From Chiloscyllium plagiosum (taxonomy: Eukaryota): 64,000 nucleotides of DNA. A program made the position numbers and the translations under genes. Position 1 is the stretch's first letter. The number at the start of each line of letters is the position of its first letter. Shown in pieces: positions 13,265 through 26,834 of the stretch. Where the stretch lies: positions 100,899,637 to 100,963,636 of the forward strand of contig NC_057718.1 in assembly GCF_004010195.1 (NCBI RefSeq), given 5' to 3'. The notes below the pieces were generated by a model. It had not been told where the DNA came from. It saw nothing but the letters and a program-made list of their open reading frames with translations, and did no database searches.

Positions 13265-13466
13265 CAACAGCAATTGCTGGAAGAGCTCAGCAGGTCTGAC
13301 AGCATCTGTGGAGAGAAATCAGAGTTAATGTTTCCGGTCGAGTGACTCTTCCTCAGAATGTTAACTCTGATCTCTCACCACAGGCGCTGCCAGACCTGCT
13401 GAGCTCCTCCAGCAAATTTTGCTTTTCGTTTCTGATTTACAGCATCCGCAGTTCTTTCGGTTTTCT
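13265..13466. mobile_element. Palindromic Penelope-like element, older GTTAAC family
   Basis: Inverted arms (GCTGGAAGAGCTCAGCAGGTCTG...CAGACCTGCTGAGCTCCTCCAGC). Related diverged copies near 365-545, 1990-2070, 3835-3945, 4952-5052, 6525-6660, 13530-13675, 29655-29780, 31255-31358, 43340-43530, 50050-50150 and 57718-57857. Confidence 0.75.
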
Positions 13467-16400
13467 GTCAGAAAATAATATTGACAATCTTGAGAGGGAA
13501 AAAAAAACTTGAACTAAACATCCTTAAAAATAAAAACAGCAGATGTGGCAGCATCTCCAGTGTTAACATTTTGGGGCTCCTGTGATTTTTCTACAGATGC
13601 TTCCACACCTCCTGCGATTTTCAGAAATTTCCATTTTTGTTTGTGACTTCCAGTTTCTGCAGTTCTTTGTTATTTTTACTAACCTTAAAAATAGTCATTT
13701 TCAATCAACAGTGAATTTTCTAACATCTGTGCTCTATCCATTTTTTTGAAATTCTGGTGCTCAGACTCCTACCTTGTCTCAGTTTCCCTGGAATGGGTTT
13801 TCCACCAGCGACAGGATTCTTGCTTATCTCTATGGTGTGGATTGTCTTGTGGTTTGTACTGATTTCCTAAAGCGAAAGGAAACAGACTGGAGTTGTTTTT
13901 ACTTTGAGTCCAGTGTTGCTTGTGTCCTGGCTCTTTGTATTCCTGAAGGGGAGACCAACAGCATCAAGATGTAAGTTACTAAGCGTTCACTTCAAGTCAA
14001 GCCTCAGCTGAAGAAACTTAATGCTTTGTACAAAGTGGCACTTGGCAGTATTTAAGTGAAACAGCACCTGTCAGCATTTGTCACTTCTACCTTGGAACAG
14101 AATCCAGCTTGAGTCAATATAAAGCCCTTTTCGAACACCATTGTGTGTCACATCAGTGATTCTTTTTTTCTGCCGTTTGCTCAAAATATTTGTACAAGTC
14201 AGAAGAATCAAATGAGCATTTTTTTTTCTCTTGTCTGGTACCGATTCACACCAATATTCCACAGGAAGTAACTGGTAATATTTGTGTTAACTCAAATGAA
14301 ACTGTCATCTCTTCCTGAAAGTGCAACAAACATAACTGGCAGCTTCCAGCCAGATCTAATAGTTAAAATAGCACAGAAAGAAGATATCTTACCACGTTTA
14401 GTGCATTCCAGAAAATCTTGTGCCTGCAGCAGGAAGATCTTGGAATGTAAGTTCAACATGTCCAGATGGTACACCATCTATCCCGGAATAATGTTCCAGT
14501 TGGGTCCCTCCAGCCTGCTGGCTATTTCCCGTCTCCTTGATGTTTACACAACTGATCCCGGTTCACGTTCCAGACCACCTGAACGGTCCCCAACCTTCCA
14601 GGGAACATGCCCTCAGGAGGTTTACAATGGCCAGGTCAGCTCATTAAAAACCACCTCCGCTTGTAGAAATCCTTTAACTTGTGGGGGAAGTTATATTTTA
14701 CTTCCTTTCAGTTTTCACTTCAGAGCCAAAGAGGAAAAGAAAAGGTTGACACATGATAGGACCTAAGGGAAAGGTTGTTTTCCCCAAGAGCTGGGGCCTG
14801 GTTTGGCTCTTCCGTGTATCCTATATCAAGAGTAACGTCAAACTACACGTCGAAGGAACCGTTCATCCATCTGGAGCTTAACCAGTGGTGATCTGCAGTG
14901 GTTCAGTTAAAAGGGGAAAGGACCTGCTTATCCCTCATTCCCAATCATACGCTGTAAGTTGTTCTTTGGAGGCTCTAAGAATTTTTGTTTTGGTTCAGAC
15001 CCATCGCTTTTTTAATCGGAGAAAATCTTCCATCCTCCTTTAATTGAAAACTGTATTCCTGATCATCGAAAAGAGCACAGGATGAAATTACTTTGGATCA
15101 AAATTCTGCAGTAGATCCTCCTCCTCTTTGGATGCTGGATTCTTCAGAGAATATTCCTTCTCCCGAATTTTGACCTGTTAATACAGTTAAGAAAGGCAGT
15201 GGGTGGCAGACTGAAAGCACAATTTCAATAGAATTGCATCTGACGTAATTAAAGCTGAAAGCTGTACCTCAGGCATCAATTACTCTTGGCATTCAATTCT
15301 GATAGTGTCAGTGGCTGGATGAAACAACCTGATTACTGCATAATGAATATATCTATCGTATCAATATGCCCATAGTTGGGAGTGCACCACTCACATCAAG
15401 AAATCACCTTTGGCAATTCCTCAGTAGGTTTCTGGCCTTTCAACATCCTGCGTTGGTGGTTTAAGAAAATACTAATTACAGTCAGTCTAAATCAGCAGTT
15501 TGCATGGAAAATTGTTTTAGTAAATGCTTTGTTTGTAGATTATAAATATCAATAGAGGCCCACAGCAGCTTTGTATGCTTCTATTTCTCTATGCCAACTA
15601 TCACTGACAATGCTTATATATTTGTTAGCTGTTCCTTTACAAAATATGTTGGAGCTTTTAACACGTTGAGTAGGTTAATGATGGTTATATGTATGAGAAT
15701 TAAAATTAACAATGGTTTGAAATGCAAGCAGACGCCTTCTGCTGCATATCTTGAGTTCTAGCCCTTTCACTGCTGTATGTGATAAGCCAGATCTGTGAGA
15801 ATTGACACTGTTCTGTTTCTTTGCTTCAGTTCAACCTCTCGCAAGCTGCAGCAATGTTGGATAACACTGGCATAATGTTGAACCTTCCCAGCGTAGAATT
15901 GGCAGAAACAGAGTGGTCTGAAAATAGGGGGCACGATGCATTTTGCAAGGCTTGCCGGGAGTGTGGAATACTGGCATTTGGTGCCAGGGTAAGGAGGTAG
16001 GGTGATGAGAACACTTACAGAAGCTGCTCAGTGACTGAAGGCCGGCTTGCCCTTTGCCTTCGAGAAAAATAATAAGCGTTTTCTACTCTATAAGTTCACC
16101 AATGCCCTAAAGCCTCAGTTTACATCTTCCTAATCTTAAAATGGCACCGAAGAAAGTGAGCTATTGACAAGACCACATTAGATTTTGTTGTAGATTTTGT
16201 GTATATATAGTTTTTTAAAACAAGATACACCAGAGCATTATGAGGAATTTTGAAGGAGAGGGTGATGGATTATTTTTTTTTCGTTTCCCTGAAGGGGTTA
16301 CAAGAGAGCAGCTATTCTGGTAGTGGAGTTGAAGGTTATTAGATGATCAGATCAGCCACGATTTCATTGGCATCGAGCAAACTCGATGGGCTGAATGGCT

Positions 16401-16758
16401 TACTTCAGCTCCTTTGAGGTATGGTCTTACTTACTGTCACCTCACTCCCAGGAGGAATTATTGCTATGAGGTTGGGTGTAGCAATCTACATGAGCAACAT
16501 CCCTTGGGGATTGTGACAGTAATCATTACACAGCAGTAGTGAAGACCCAAGGACGGGCTTCCCCAGGAATCGCGAGCAGAGATTTCGGAATTGTGAGCTC
16601 CAAAACAGAAAAAGGAGGTGTGGGGAAAAATAAAAGGGCAACGGGGTCACAGTGGAGTGAAAGTTTGGGAGGCAGTGCTTTAGAATGTCAAACATTGTCC
16701 AGACCAAATGATGCATCAATACACTAGCAGAATGCTGCATTGCGAAATATAAAAATGC

Positions 16759-16940
16759 CTCGCTGAGCTGCAAGGTTCACTTCCAGATGTTTCGTTACCT
16801 TACTAGGTAACATCTTCGCATGAGGTCCACTGAAGATGTTACCTAGTAAGGTAACGAAATGTCTGGAAATGAACCTTGCAGCTCAGCGAGCAAACCTACA
16901 TCCAAAACCTCAACCTGAGCTACAAATCATCTCAAAGCTC
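16759..16940. mobile_element. Palindromic Penelope-like element, second family
   Basis: 59-bp inverted arms at 16759-16817 and 16832-16890; hammerhead motif at 16826-16867. Confidence 0.75.
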
Positions 16941-17377
16941 ACAATGAAAATGCCTATTTATTTGTACGTTATAATTTGTGCTTTCTAACATAACATCATG
17001 CATGAACCAACCAACATTTCTTCTGTCCAGTTTTCAGTATGGGATTGCAAGCTCTATAACCAAATTCACTTTATTTGAAGTTCATCTTGCATTCCTATTT
17101 CACTGCATTTGCCCAGCAAAGATCTCAAAGGTGTATGTGATTATTTTGGTAATGCACTGGGTGATTCTAGTGTACTGGACCATGGGTACTAGGATACTCT
17201 GCATATGTGGCAATGCTTGGAATGAAAGCTTTTCCAGGTGGGAATGACACATATTTGATCTGCAAATAACTGTTTTTAAAAAAATGACTTGGCATTTCTC
17301 TACTGCTTTTCATGACCTTAGGAAGTGGCAAAGTATTTTCCAGTCAAATAATACTTTTGATAGGTAAGCACTGTTGT

Positions 17378-17890
17378 AGAAACACAGAAAATAGATGCCG
17401 GAGTAGGCCATTCAGCCCGTCGAGCTTGCACCCGCCATTCAATATGATTATGGCTGCTCATGCAATTTCAGTATCCCGCTCTCACTTCCTCTCCATACCT
17501 CATGGTCACTTCAGCTGCAAGGGTCACATCCAGCTCCCTTTTGAATCTATCTAATGAACTGGCCCCAACAGCTTCCTGTGGGAGAGAATTCCACAGCTTC
17601 ACAACTCTTGAGAAAAAAAAATGCTTCCCCTCCTCAGTCTTGAATGGCTTACCCCTTAGTGTTAGACTGTGACTCCTAGTTCTGGACTTTCTCCAAAGTA
17701 CAGGTGGTAGAGGCAGAAACCGTTCCAACAGTTAAGGGGTATTTAGATGTGCATTTGCAATGCAAGGCATACAAAGCTGTGGGGCAGATGTTAGAAAATG
17801 GGATTTGAATAGTTAGGCCATTAGTTTTGACTGGTTCAGGCTTGATGGACCGAAGGGCCTTTCTTGTGCTGTCAATCTCTATGATTCTTA
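17378..17890. mobile_element. Two adjoining CR1 3' fragments in opposite orientation (junction about 17700)
   Basis: Minus ORF TRSHSLTLRGKPFKTE...RVVKLWNSLPQEAV is a CR1 ORF2 end; a plus-strand CR1 tail follows. Confidence 0.75.
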
Positions 17891-18404
17891 ATGCGTTGGT
17901 ACATTTTATAATCGTGATGAAAAGAAAAACACTGCAGATGCTGTAAATTGAAAACAGTGTGTTGCAAAGCTCATCATTTGTACAGAAAATGTATTGGTTA
18001 ATCTTTTGTTTGGAGTTACCAGTATTATCATTCTCTGGGTTTTTTTTTTAAACAGATGCTGGAGGGCTGTATATTCTCCAGCTTTGATTATATTTTCCAT
18101 CGGCTCTTGAGGTTTAGCAATTTTTTATTCCAAATGAATAATGATTTAAGTCGCGGTGGCAGAGCAGAGAAGGAGGCCATTCAGCCCAATGTGTTTCTAT
18201 GCAAATCTCACACCCTGTGCTCTTCGCCATAGCTATCTGCAAGGATTAAGAGAAACAGAAATGGAGCATGTATCCAATTCCTCCATTGACTGGAGTGACT
18301 TCTTTAGGTCACACCAGATACTTTAGCTGTAAATGAGAGGCACTATCTCATTTCCACAACCCTTCTCACAGCCAGGCACAAAGAATCATGTCATTACTAA
18401 TTTT

Positions 18405-18536
18405 ACCACAACCACCTGATGAAGGAGCAGTGCTCAGAAAACTAGTGCTTCCAAATAAGCCTGTTGGACTATAACCTGGTGTTGTGTGATTTTTAACTTT
18501 GTCCACCCCAGTCCAACACTGGCACCTCCAAATCAC
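18405..18536 (+). mobile_element. Penelope-like terminal repeat, third family
   Basis: CAC-CTGATGA-AGGAGCAGTGCTCAGAAAACTA-GTG at 18413-18447; homologous to 35120-35282. Confidence 0.7.
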
Positions 18537-19521
18537 GGCATTGCTAATGGTTGAGTTATAACAGACACCAGAAAGCTGATGATGGGTCAAGCTGTTGACT
18601 CTCAAAACAAACAGCCATGAAGGTAAAACTTGGACACTGCCCTTTACAAATTCCAACTCAGAAGTGGCTAGCATTTAAAACTGTAATAAATAGAACAATC
18701 TCACATTTCCTCCCAGGAGTATCTAACACCAGCAGATTGATTAGTTTAGGTGTTTGCGCCCCCTTTGCATTAGTTCCCCAGCATAATCAAACAATCGAAA
18801 GATGCAGATAGAAGGAAAACCATCTTTTTCAGCTGCTTTCATGTTGTTCCTCTGCAGCTGTGATTTCAGAGGGTCATCCCACCACTTCCTCCTGACGAAG
18901 AAGTCTCCTACGGTAGTACGGCAAAGCCAAGTTGGCAGAATTGCCGAGGCTGGATGCAAGTTTCTTGCATCCCCACCTCAGTGAATCCGATAGTTGTGCA
19001 CTTTTAGCAGCCAACAGTAATCCCTTTGGGAGCCAGACCTCTTGCATTTCTCTAAACCTCATACACCAGAAGCTTCCAATGGTCTAAGAGGTTTTGTCAA
19101 CACAATCCCAACTCGAGGATCAGTGCCTCTGGTGATTTCATTTCATATGAAACACTCTTAATTGCCATGAGTCCTAAAATCCACTTCTGCCTAGGTAATG
19201 TTCTCCCTCCAGCTCCCTGTTTAATTAAAAATGCTCCCAATGCATTTGTGTTCTATATAGTTTTATATCTTGCTTGCATCTGAGGTTACCTCCCTTTGCA
19301 AATGTGAGGGGGTTGTCTGCACCCACTGGGCTAGAAATGCCTAGTGAGTCCTCCTGGTATTATCCCAAATTATCTGCAGACAAGCTAATATAGAATTAAT
19401 ATTTGAATGAGAATTGCAGAATTCCGACAGAGGCATGGGAAGTATTTAATTTTGAATGATATTTGATATTTCTGAGCTCATAGACTCCCTACAGTGTGGA
19501 AGCAGACCATTCAGCCCATCA

Positions 19522-20104
19522 TCAGAAAAGATTTACAAGGATGTTGCCAGGGTTGGAGGATTTGAGCTATAGGGAGAAGCTGAAGAAGGGCCTGTGCCCG
19601 AAACGTCGAATCTCCTGTTCCCTGGATGCTGCCTGACCTGCTGTGCTGTTCCAGCAATAAAGTTTCAACAATAGGGAGAAGCTGAACAGGTTGGGGCTGC
19701 TTTCCCTGGAGCATCGGAGGCTGAGGGGTGACCTTATAGAGATTTACAAAATTGAGGGGCATGGATAGGATAAATAGGCAAAGTCTTTTCCCTGGGGTTG
19801 GGGAGTCCAGAATGAGAGACCATAGGTTTAGGGTGAGAGGGGAAAGATATAAAAGAGACCTAATAGGCAACGTTTTCACGCAGAAGGTGGTACGTGTATG
19901 GAATGAGCTGCCGGAGGAAGTGGTGGAGGCTGGTACAATTGCAACATTTAAGAGGCATTTGGATGGGTATATGAATAGAAAGGGTTTGGAGGGATATGGG
20001 CCGGGTGCTGGCAGGTGAGACTAGATTGGGTTGGGATATCTGGTCGGCATGGACGGGTTGGACCGAAGGGTCTGTTTCCAGCTGTACATCTCTATGATTC
20101 TATG
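19522..20104 (+). mobile_element. CR1 (HER1-like) LINE 3' fragment
   Basis: ORF2 C-terminus (...RVWNELPEEVVEAGTIATFKRHLDGYM), 3' UTR and CTCTATGATTCTATG tail. Confidence 0.9.
19580..19670 (+). mobile_element. Short Penelope terminal-repeat fragment inserted in a CR1 LINE
   Basis: Begins at CTGAAGAAGGGCCTGTGCCCGAAACGTC; 16-bp TSD ATAGGGAGAAGCTGAA at 19569-19584 and 19671-19686. Confidence 0.8.
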
Positions 20105-23100
20105 TCCATACTGCCGAAGAGCATCCCACCCAGACACACAGCCCCTACCCTATTCCCCTGCATTTCCTGTGGCCAACCCACCTGACCTGCACATCTTTGG
20201 ACTGTGGGAGGAAACCGGAGCACCCGGAGGAAACCCACGCACATACAGAGAGAAGGTGCAAACTCCACACAGGCAGTCTCTCAAGGGTGGAATCGAGCCC
20301 GGATCCCTGATGCTGAGAGGCAGCAGTGCTAACCACTGAGCCGCCGTGCTGCCCCTGTCTGTTAATGGTCATTTTGGAAAGCTGGACAAGGCAAAATAAA
20401 TGAATTTATAAATTAAAAATAGAATGGACTTGGTTTAATTTTGAGAGCCTAGTCGTAAGGACCAACGTGCCCAATTTCAAGTGGGACAATTTCTGATGTC
20501 AACCTTTTATCTTATTTTGATGTCTGGACTTCTATGTCTGTACTAATATTTCTTTCAATAAATGAGCAAATATGTTGTACTACATGGAGACAAAAAGAAA
20601 TGTAATATCATAGGTTATTCAGTGACAGTTTCAGACTGCTGAAGCTTTGCAGGCAACCGAGACAGTGGTTCTGCATCCTATGGCTGTATAGTTGCAATTT
20701 TCTTTGGCGAGAGAAACAAAACAGTAGATTAAGCTTGTGGAAGAATCAATCTTTTGATATATCATCAAAGGCTCTAAGCAGCAATTAATGCACTCTTGGG
20801 ATGAGTTGACAGGGTTTCAACATCCATTTACGCAGCACTTGCTCGAGTTGTTTGGTGAAGACAACCTTTTTAAGATTATGCCAGAAGCATTTGAGTCAAA
20901 GGGAGAGAGGAGAACGAGAGTGAGCATGTCTTATTACTGCGATACCTAATTCTAGCCAAAATTCTGCAAGCACCCGAACCTCTGATGGAGTTCAGTCCCC
21001 CTTTCATGTTTTTAAACAAGCTTGTTTTTAAATGCATTTGTTGTGCAAACCCACACTGGTAGAAGTATTGTTCCAGTTGTTAAAAGAGTCAGTTTTGGTG
21101 AAAGCACTGAGGCTCATTAAGTTCTTGTGTACTAAAGGTCTCATTTCCTTTTATTTTCCTCCCTCTCCTGTCCAAGCTGCAGTAGGATAAAAGGCGTGAC
21201 AACTCTTTGAAAGCGGACACCGTTTCTGACTTGAGGATTAGTTGGAATGTCTCTGGTTTTCCTCCAGCGCCTCTTAGCGTGGCTTCTCTTAATTGTACAT
21301 GCTTACCTGCCATTCATTTCTCTTGGTGACAGCAATGAGTGCCTTTGCACATCAAAAGCTACAATGACCCAAACCGTGTAGAAGTGGGGAAACCCAGCTG
21401 GTAGGCTCACTCTGACCTTTCCCAAACCCGTCACTTAAGATTCACTGCCATCAAGTGTTGTTAACTTAGCCCATGGTACAGAATTAGCTGAACCTACTTT
21501 GCACTGACAGTACTTTCCAGGCCTCTTAAGCTCCTTGCCATTCAGGTGGATTTTTGAATAAAGCTCTGTTATTATCAATGTCTGATGGAAAATGACAATA
21601 CAACTATGTTTTTGTTAAATAGAAGTAATAACAATTGAGCCTTTTCTTCAGAAACCAAGACAAAACAAAAGGAATCTTGAATGCTACGTCAGTGTAGATC
21701 ACTGAAATTGATCAAAAGCGATACTAGACTGTCCTGTGTCAGCAAGCAGACATGTCCCCTTTTAAAACAAAACAGGGCCATGACTAATAATCTCCATCCC
21801 TCCGAGTTTCTCTGCTTTTCAGGTTTTACAATCCTCACACTTTGTTTTTCCAGGTGGCTGTCCTAGCCTGCATGTTACCACTGTGTAAAGATTGGTGGAA
21901 ACAGCTTCATGCTGTACATTTAATGTTCCACAGTCACCACACAGCCTTACAACTTCAAAGAGAGATGGAACTGCATTATGTAATGACTGCATGAGGGAAA
22001 TGATTAGAGATGCTAATTAGGAATGAGTTGTCTTGACTTGTGTAATTTTTTTTAATTGTCCGAGACACACACTGTTGTATGTAAGCAACTCTTGGGTAGG
22101 TCTCATTATAAAGCTTTTAACTTTGCTGAAGAGATGCTTTGTAAACACTTGATAACTAAATTGCAAAGGAGACCACTCACAAAATACAAGTAGTTCATGT
22201 GATGTAGAGTGGTACAATCCAATAGCTATGGACCCAAACTAATAATCGTGTGATCTATTAGCCCTGTCAGGATGCTTGACACCAATATGTTTAGAAAACT
22301 GGCAATCATCGCACAGTGGTGTGATTAATTTTCACTTGGAAACAGCTCAGATTTTTTAATGTACTGTACGGAGTGAAGTATAGTGTTTTTGAGGTGGCAG
22401 CAGATTAATGTAGCCTTGTACTCTGAGGGAGGCAAGGATAAAAAGAGAGCCTCAGCACATCCATTTTGTTGTGATGACACAGTCCAAACAGAAACTGGAA
22501 CAGATCCAACAATTACACAAAGGACAGGAGGGAGAATTTCTTTTGGATGTTTTTGCTAAATGTTTTTTTTGTGAGCCCATTGATGGGGATCTGTCTGCTT
22601 GTATTTAACCAACAAATTATACTGTTGGCAGAGAATGATCTTTTCAGCTTCACGAGTTCTGGGTTTAAGTTGCTCTGCTTGTCAGTACCAGTCTCCATAT
22701 CAACATACAGTGTGTGTCATTACCTAGAATATACATCATAGAAACAGACCATTTTAATGATTAACTTTAACAAACAGGCCATTCGGCCCAACCCATCTAT
22801 GTTGGTTGCTTGTGCTCCAGTCAAGTCTAGTTTAATCCTTCCTCATTTATCACTATCAGCAACGCCCTCTCTGCCTCATGTGCTTTACTCAATTCACCTG
22901 AAGCACTTGCTGTGGTGGTGAGCTCTAGAAATGGTCCCACTTTTAATTTAGAAAACCTTTCCGGACAGATTCTCTTTCTCCATGGATCACACATTGGATT
23001 TCTGTTGTAATTATTAAAAGGGTTGGACGGCAACGTCTACTATCCTATCTGAACTCCCACATTCCGAGCTTGCTGGAGAGCTGTGTGCATGGGAGTACCC

Positions 23101-26100
23101 TTTCAAAGAGTCGTGTTATCTGATACCTTGCTTAATTCTTCACTTGACTAACCCTGATCGCAAAACCTCACATGGAACTGGCCTGTCTGATTACCTATGC
23201 TGAATCTTGTTCACATTTACTCAAGGTTTCTACCCTCTTGCTTAGAACTGAAGGAGGGTTTTTCAAGTATTTATGACTTGAGGCTGTGTATGCAGATTTT
23301 CGGGACCTCTTAATTTGAAGAACACCACCATGAATGCAATAGTTTTTGTTTGTAAAATTAATTGCAATGCGCCTTTGTGAGGTTGATTCTGTGCAGAGGT
23401 TAATGATGGACAGACCCAATGATGCTTCATTAAATTTACAAGTCAGTGTTAAATTGAGCATTTCTAAATCAAAATGTACACCATCATTTCAGATGCTATC
23501 GCAGTGCACTGGTCGAACAAAGGACTGACTATGTCAATGTATGTTTCTTGAATGGTGAGCAGTTGTCTGGAGCATAGTGTGTCAATGCACAAGCCAGTTC
23601 CTCAGATTGTATCAGAATATAAAACTTCAGTTTTCATTGGGAATACAATCACCTGACTAAATATATTCAACATTATCAATGAGATGTTTGATTGCTGAAT
23701 AATACAGCTTTCGGTCACATAGCTGGAAGGTTTAACATGTTGTTGTTTGCTCTGTAGTGAATTCTAAGGGGTGCAGTGGTGACTAAGTTAGGAGGAGAAA
23801 TACACAAGTCTTTCTTCCACAGTCAGATGCTGTACATAACTAATTCCGGAAAAAGGTGTATTAGAACATTGCTTTGATCAATGGAACAATTACACGGTGG
23901 AAATTTTAATTAAGCTGGCTCAGACAGAAGCTGTGTGTAAAAGGTGCACACTGATTTTAGAATACACACTACCAAACTTTGTGTATTCTCCATTGTTACC
24001 AGTTTTCCGACGCTGGCTCTGTGCCAGTTATGGCCTTCAGAGCTATTTGTATGGCTCCTAAGGAGTCTTGTACCTATAAACGTCAGAATTATGAACAAAG
24101 GCTGGGTTTGTTTCCTCCAGTACAGGGGAGCTTTTTGTTTCTCCTCGTAGACTCTAAATAGGACATTGCAAGTAGAGAACTTTGGCGAATCTGTGTCGGT
24201 TCCACAAAGGAAATGTACGTATGCTATCCATGCAGACAAAAAAAAGCTGGTTAGCTCGCAAAGAATGCTAATATCCTCTGTGGCTCCTCTTTCCTCAGTC
24301 CCCGCTACCCCATCCCCAAACTGGAGCTGCTAATCCTCCTTCACAGCTCATGTCTTTTTACCTTGTGTTCGCCACTAAAAGATTACACTAGTCTTGAAAC
24401 CCAAAGCCTGTTTATACAAAGAATTTAATTGATGGGTGAAGGAATGTGTGAGAGCTTTTCTTTCAGCTCACTATTCTACCCTAATTAACTTTTTTCCCCG
24501 AACCTGCATTTTTTTGTGTCATTCACGTTCTGTCATATATTGCGGTCGTGCATTAGTGAGCACGCTGCTTTCTAAGTGCAGACCTCGGCTGCTGAGCAAA
24601 GTATTAGTTAGGCTCTTTAAAGCAACTGTGTCGGTGTGAAAACAGAATTTTAATCCTGGGTGTAAACATTTCGGGCAACATTGGGCTCTTGAAACAAACA
24701 CTGATGAGGCAAGGTTAAACTCTAAATTTTGATGTAGAGACCGAGGGACATCCGTTTCATCTGAATGGCTAGCTTTAAGTTAATGCTGGTTGTCTTATGA
24801 AGCCCAAACACTCCCTTTGCAAGTACATTACAATGGAATGCAGCTCCACCACACAGAATCGGATACTACCCTTTTGTGTTCAAATTGGAATTTTGCAGGG
24901 CCTAAAATGTTACAAGATGTGAAAGCTGTTCCTCATTTAGCTAATCGAACCATTCTTAACTTGACAACATGTTCATAGAGAAGGTCAAAGACTCTCTGTT
25001 TTGATTCCCTTTCAGAGCTAATGTTTTTTTCTTTTCAGTTGATGATGACTGTAGTTGCTCTTGTACAGCTTTTGCCCACTTGGGGGTGGTAGGTACTGCA
25101 AAATGCCAGTTCCCCGGGACCCTCAGGTCAGATGTTTACTGCTGGCATTTACCTTCATTTGCTTTAATTATGACAAAGCTTGTAGTCAAGAGAAACCACA
25201 GCAGCCTCCAGACTTTTTCTCTTACACTGAAAACAAAAGAGAAAAGCTGCAAAATTGTTGGGAAGTTTAATTTTCTTTTAGCATAACTTCCTCTGCATTC
25301 TGATATTGATGACTTCAGTTGTTGATGCATGTTGGTCAAGCAAGGAAGTGTAATTTATAATGGGGTACCTGGAGTCATCACCTTTTTATTACAGACCTGG
25401 AGGGTGGAGTTGCTAAATGAATAGATTTGGGGTTTTCTTTGTGTGTGTTTTAACCTGGGCACCTAGTTTCTCTATTTTGAAAAGAACATTACTGCTGTTA
25501 CAGTCAGAGTGAGAAAGTTTACCATCGTATTATCATCTCACTGAACCACAGCAGTGATTGTGAAATAGGTGCAGGGAAGGTGATCCTTTTCAATATCTAA
25601 AATCAATCTGGATTGAGAGTTTCAATTCATCACAAGACAATACAACTGCATAACTTTGATAATGGCTGCTTTGTAATGCACAGCCACGCTTGAAAATACG
25701 CATTTAAGTAGCGATGACTTTTTAATTGCCACAATATCTGACCAGTCAGGCAAGGAAAAACTTTACGGCTGAAGTGTAATCTGGTTGGAATAGCCGAACT
25801 GAACGTTGATAACAGCGACTGAAATCCAATTAGCATTGCCCAGTATTTCTGCTAGCTTGCTTATTTCTGACGGAACCAATATTAACTTGAATGATTTGTA
25901 TGCTGCATTACACCATTGGATCATATTGTCTATTTGCATTCTTCGTTTTTATTTTAATTTGTTTTCTGTTAACGTGTGTTATGAATGCAGAAGGACTTTG
26001 ATTTAAATTGAGTCATCAGTGGTTTTATTTTAAAACCTACGTGCCTTGCAGCCTGGGTTAGGAATAGTGAGAGGTGCCCAATTTGTATTAAATGGGGATT

Positions 26101-26494
26101 GAAACACGGTGAGACGCCTTTTCTTATCTAGTATCGTCTGGTCATCTTAAACAGTACAATCTGTGCATGGCTACAAAACTGTACGGTTTATATTACTGTA
26201 TATTGTTTAAAACGGGGCAAAAATTGTGGGTGTATTAACCTGTTCACATCTAAGGCTGGTTTAATGGAAATGTACGGAGTTGCTCTGGCTCCAGCGATAG
26301 ATCACAAACCAAGCATAAATTCCAGATACCGTGTCCAGCCTTTACTGAGTGCTGAAATCTTACATGGCTTTCCTGTGACTATGATGGGAACATTTGCAGA
26401 GATAATTCTCCCCGCAGCATTTATTAACGGGGGCGTAGGGGGTGAAAAATGCCCCAATGTCTTGCTGTCTCTAAAAGTAACCGTAAGCACTTAC

Positions 26495-26815
26495 CAGGTT
26501 AAAATGAGGAAACTTCATACATCCTGTGACCACAGCAGTGAATTATTCCAGCTTGTTAACCAGGAATTGAGAGAGACAGAGGAAGCATTCGCTTGGTGTG
26601 TCCTGAAGTAGTCAGCAAAACAGAAACGAGAGCAGGGGAATAGCTATTAGTCTTGCGCTTTCACTGTGTTCAGCCCCTTGTGCGCTGTTCTAACGGGTGG
26701 CAGGAGTAAGTCGTCAGGCAGCGAGAGAGCTCCAGAAATTCTGAAGTTAAAAGCTTTGTCTGCCAGAAGTTGAATTGAATGATGAGGTCACGGGTAGGCA
26801 GGACTTGCCTTGGCT
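26495..26815 (-). other. Candidate non-coding first exon of FLRT3
   Basis: Consensus donor CTG|GTAAGTG (GT at 26494-26493), about 320 nt downstream of a TATA-like/CCAAT cluster, in a repeat-poor region about 13.3 kb upstream of the coding exon. The 5' end is inferred only. Confidence 0.5.
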
Positions 26816-26834
26816 GAGACACTGAGACCCACTC

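Larger units (their letters stand above)
19479..20354 (-). mobile_element. HE1 SINE split by a CR1 insertion (SINE parts 19479-19521 and 20105-20354)
   Basis: The two pieces rejoin into a continuous HE1 when 19522-20104 is removed. Confidence 0.8.

Noticed and set aside
14284..14766. 160-aa ORF in the FLRT3 intron, and other 100-165 aa ORFs such as 1143-1607 and 1710-2201
   Set aside because: No recognisable homology or domain pattern, non-ATG starts in some cases, and partial overlap with repeats.
19752..20018. CR1-derived ORFs (also 37504, 40670, 43870, 54086, 61070) as host genes or active LINEs
   Set aside because: All are 5'-truncated, frameshifted ORF2 C-terminal fragments with no complete RT or endonuclease.
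21295..21315. Minus-strand donor-like CAG|GTAAGC as an additional FLRT3 5' UTR exon
   Set aside because: An isolated motif with no convincing paired acceptor or promoter; such motifs occur by chance.
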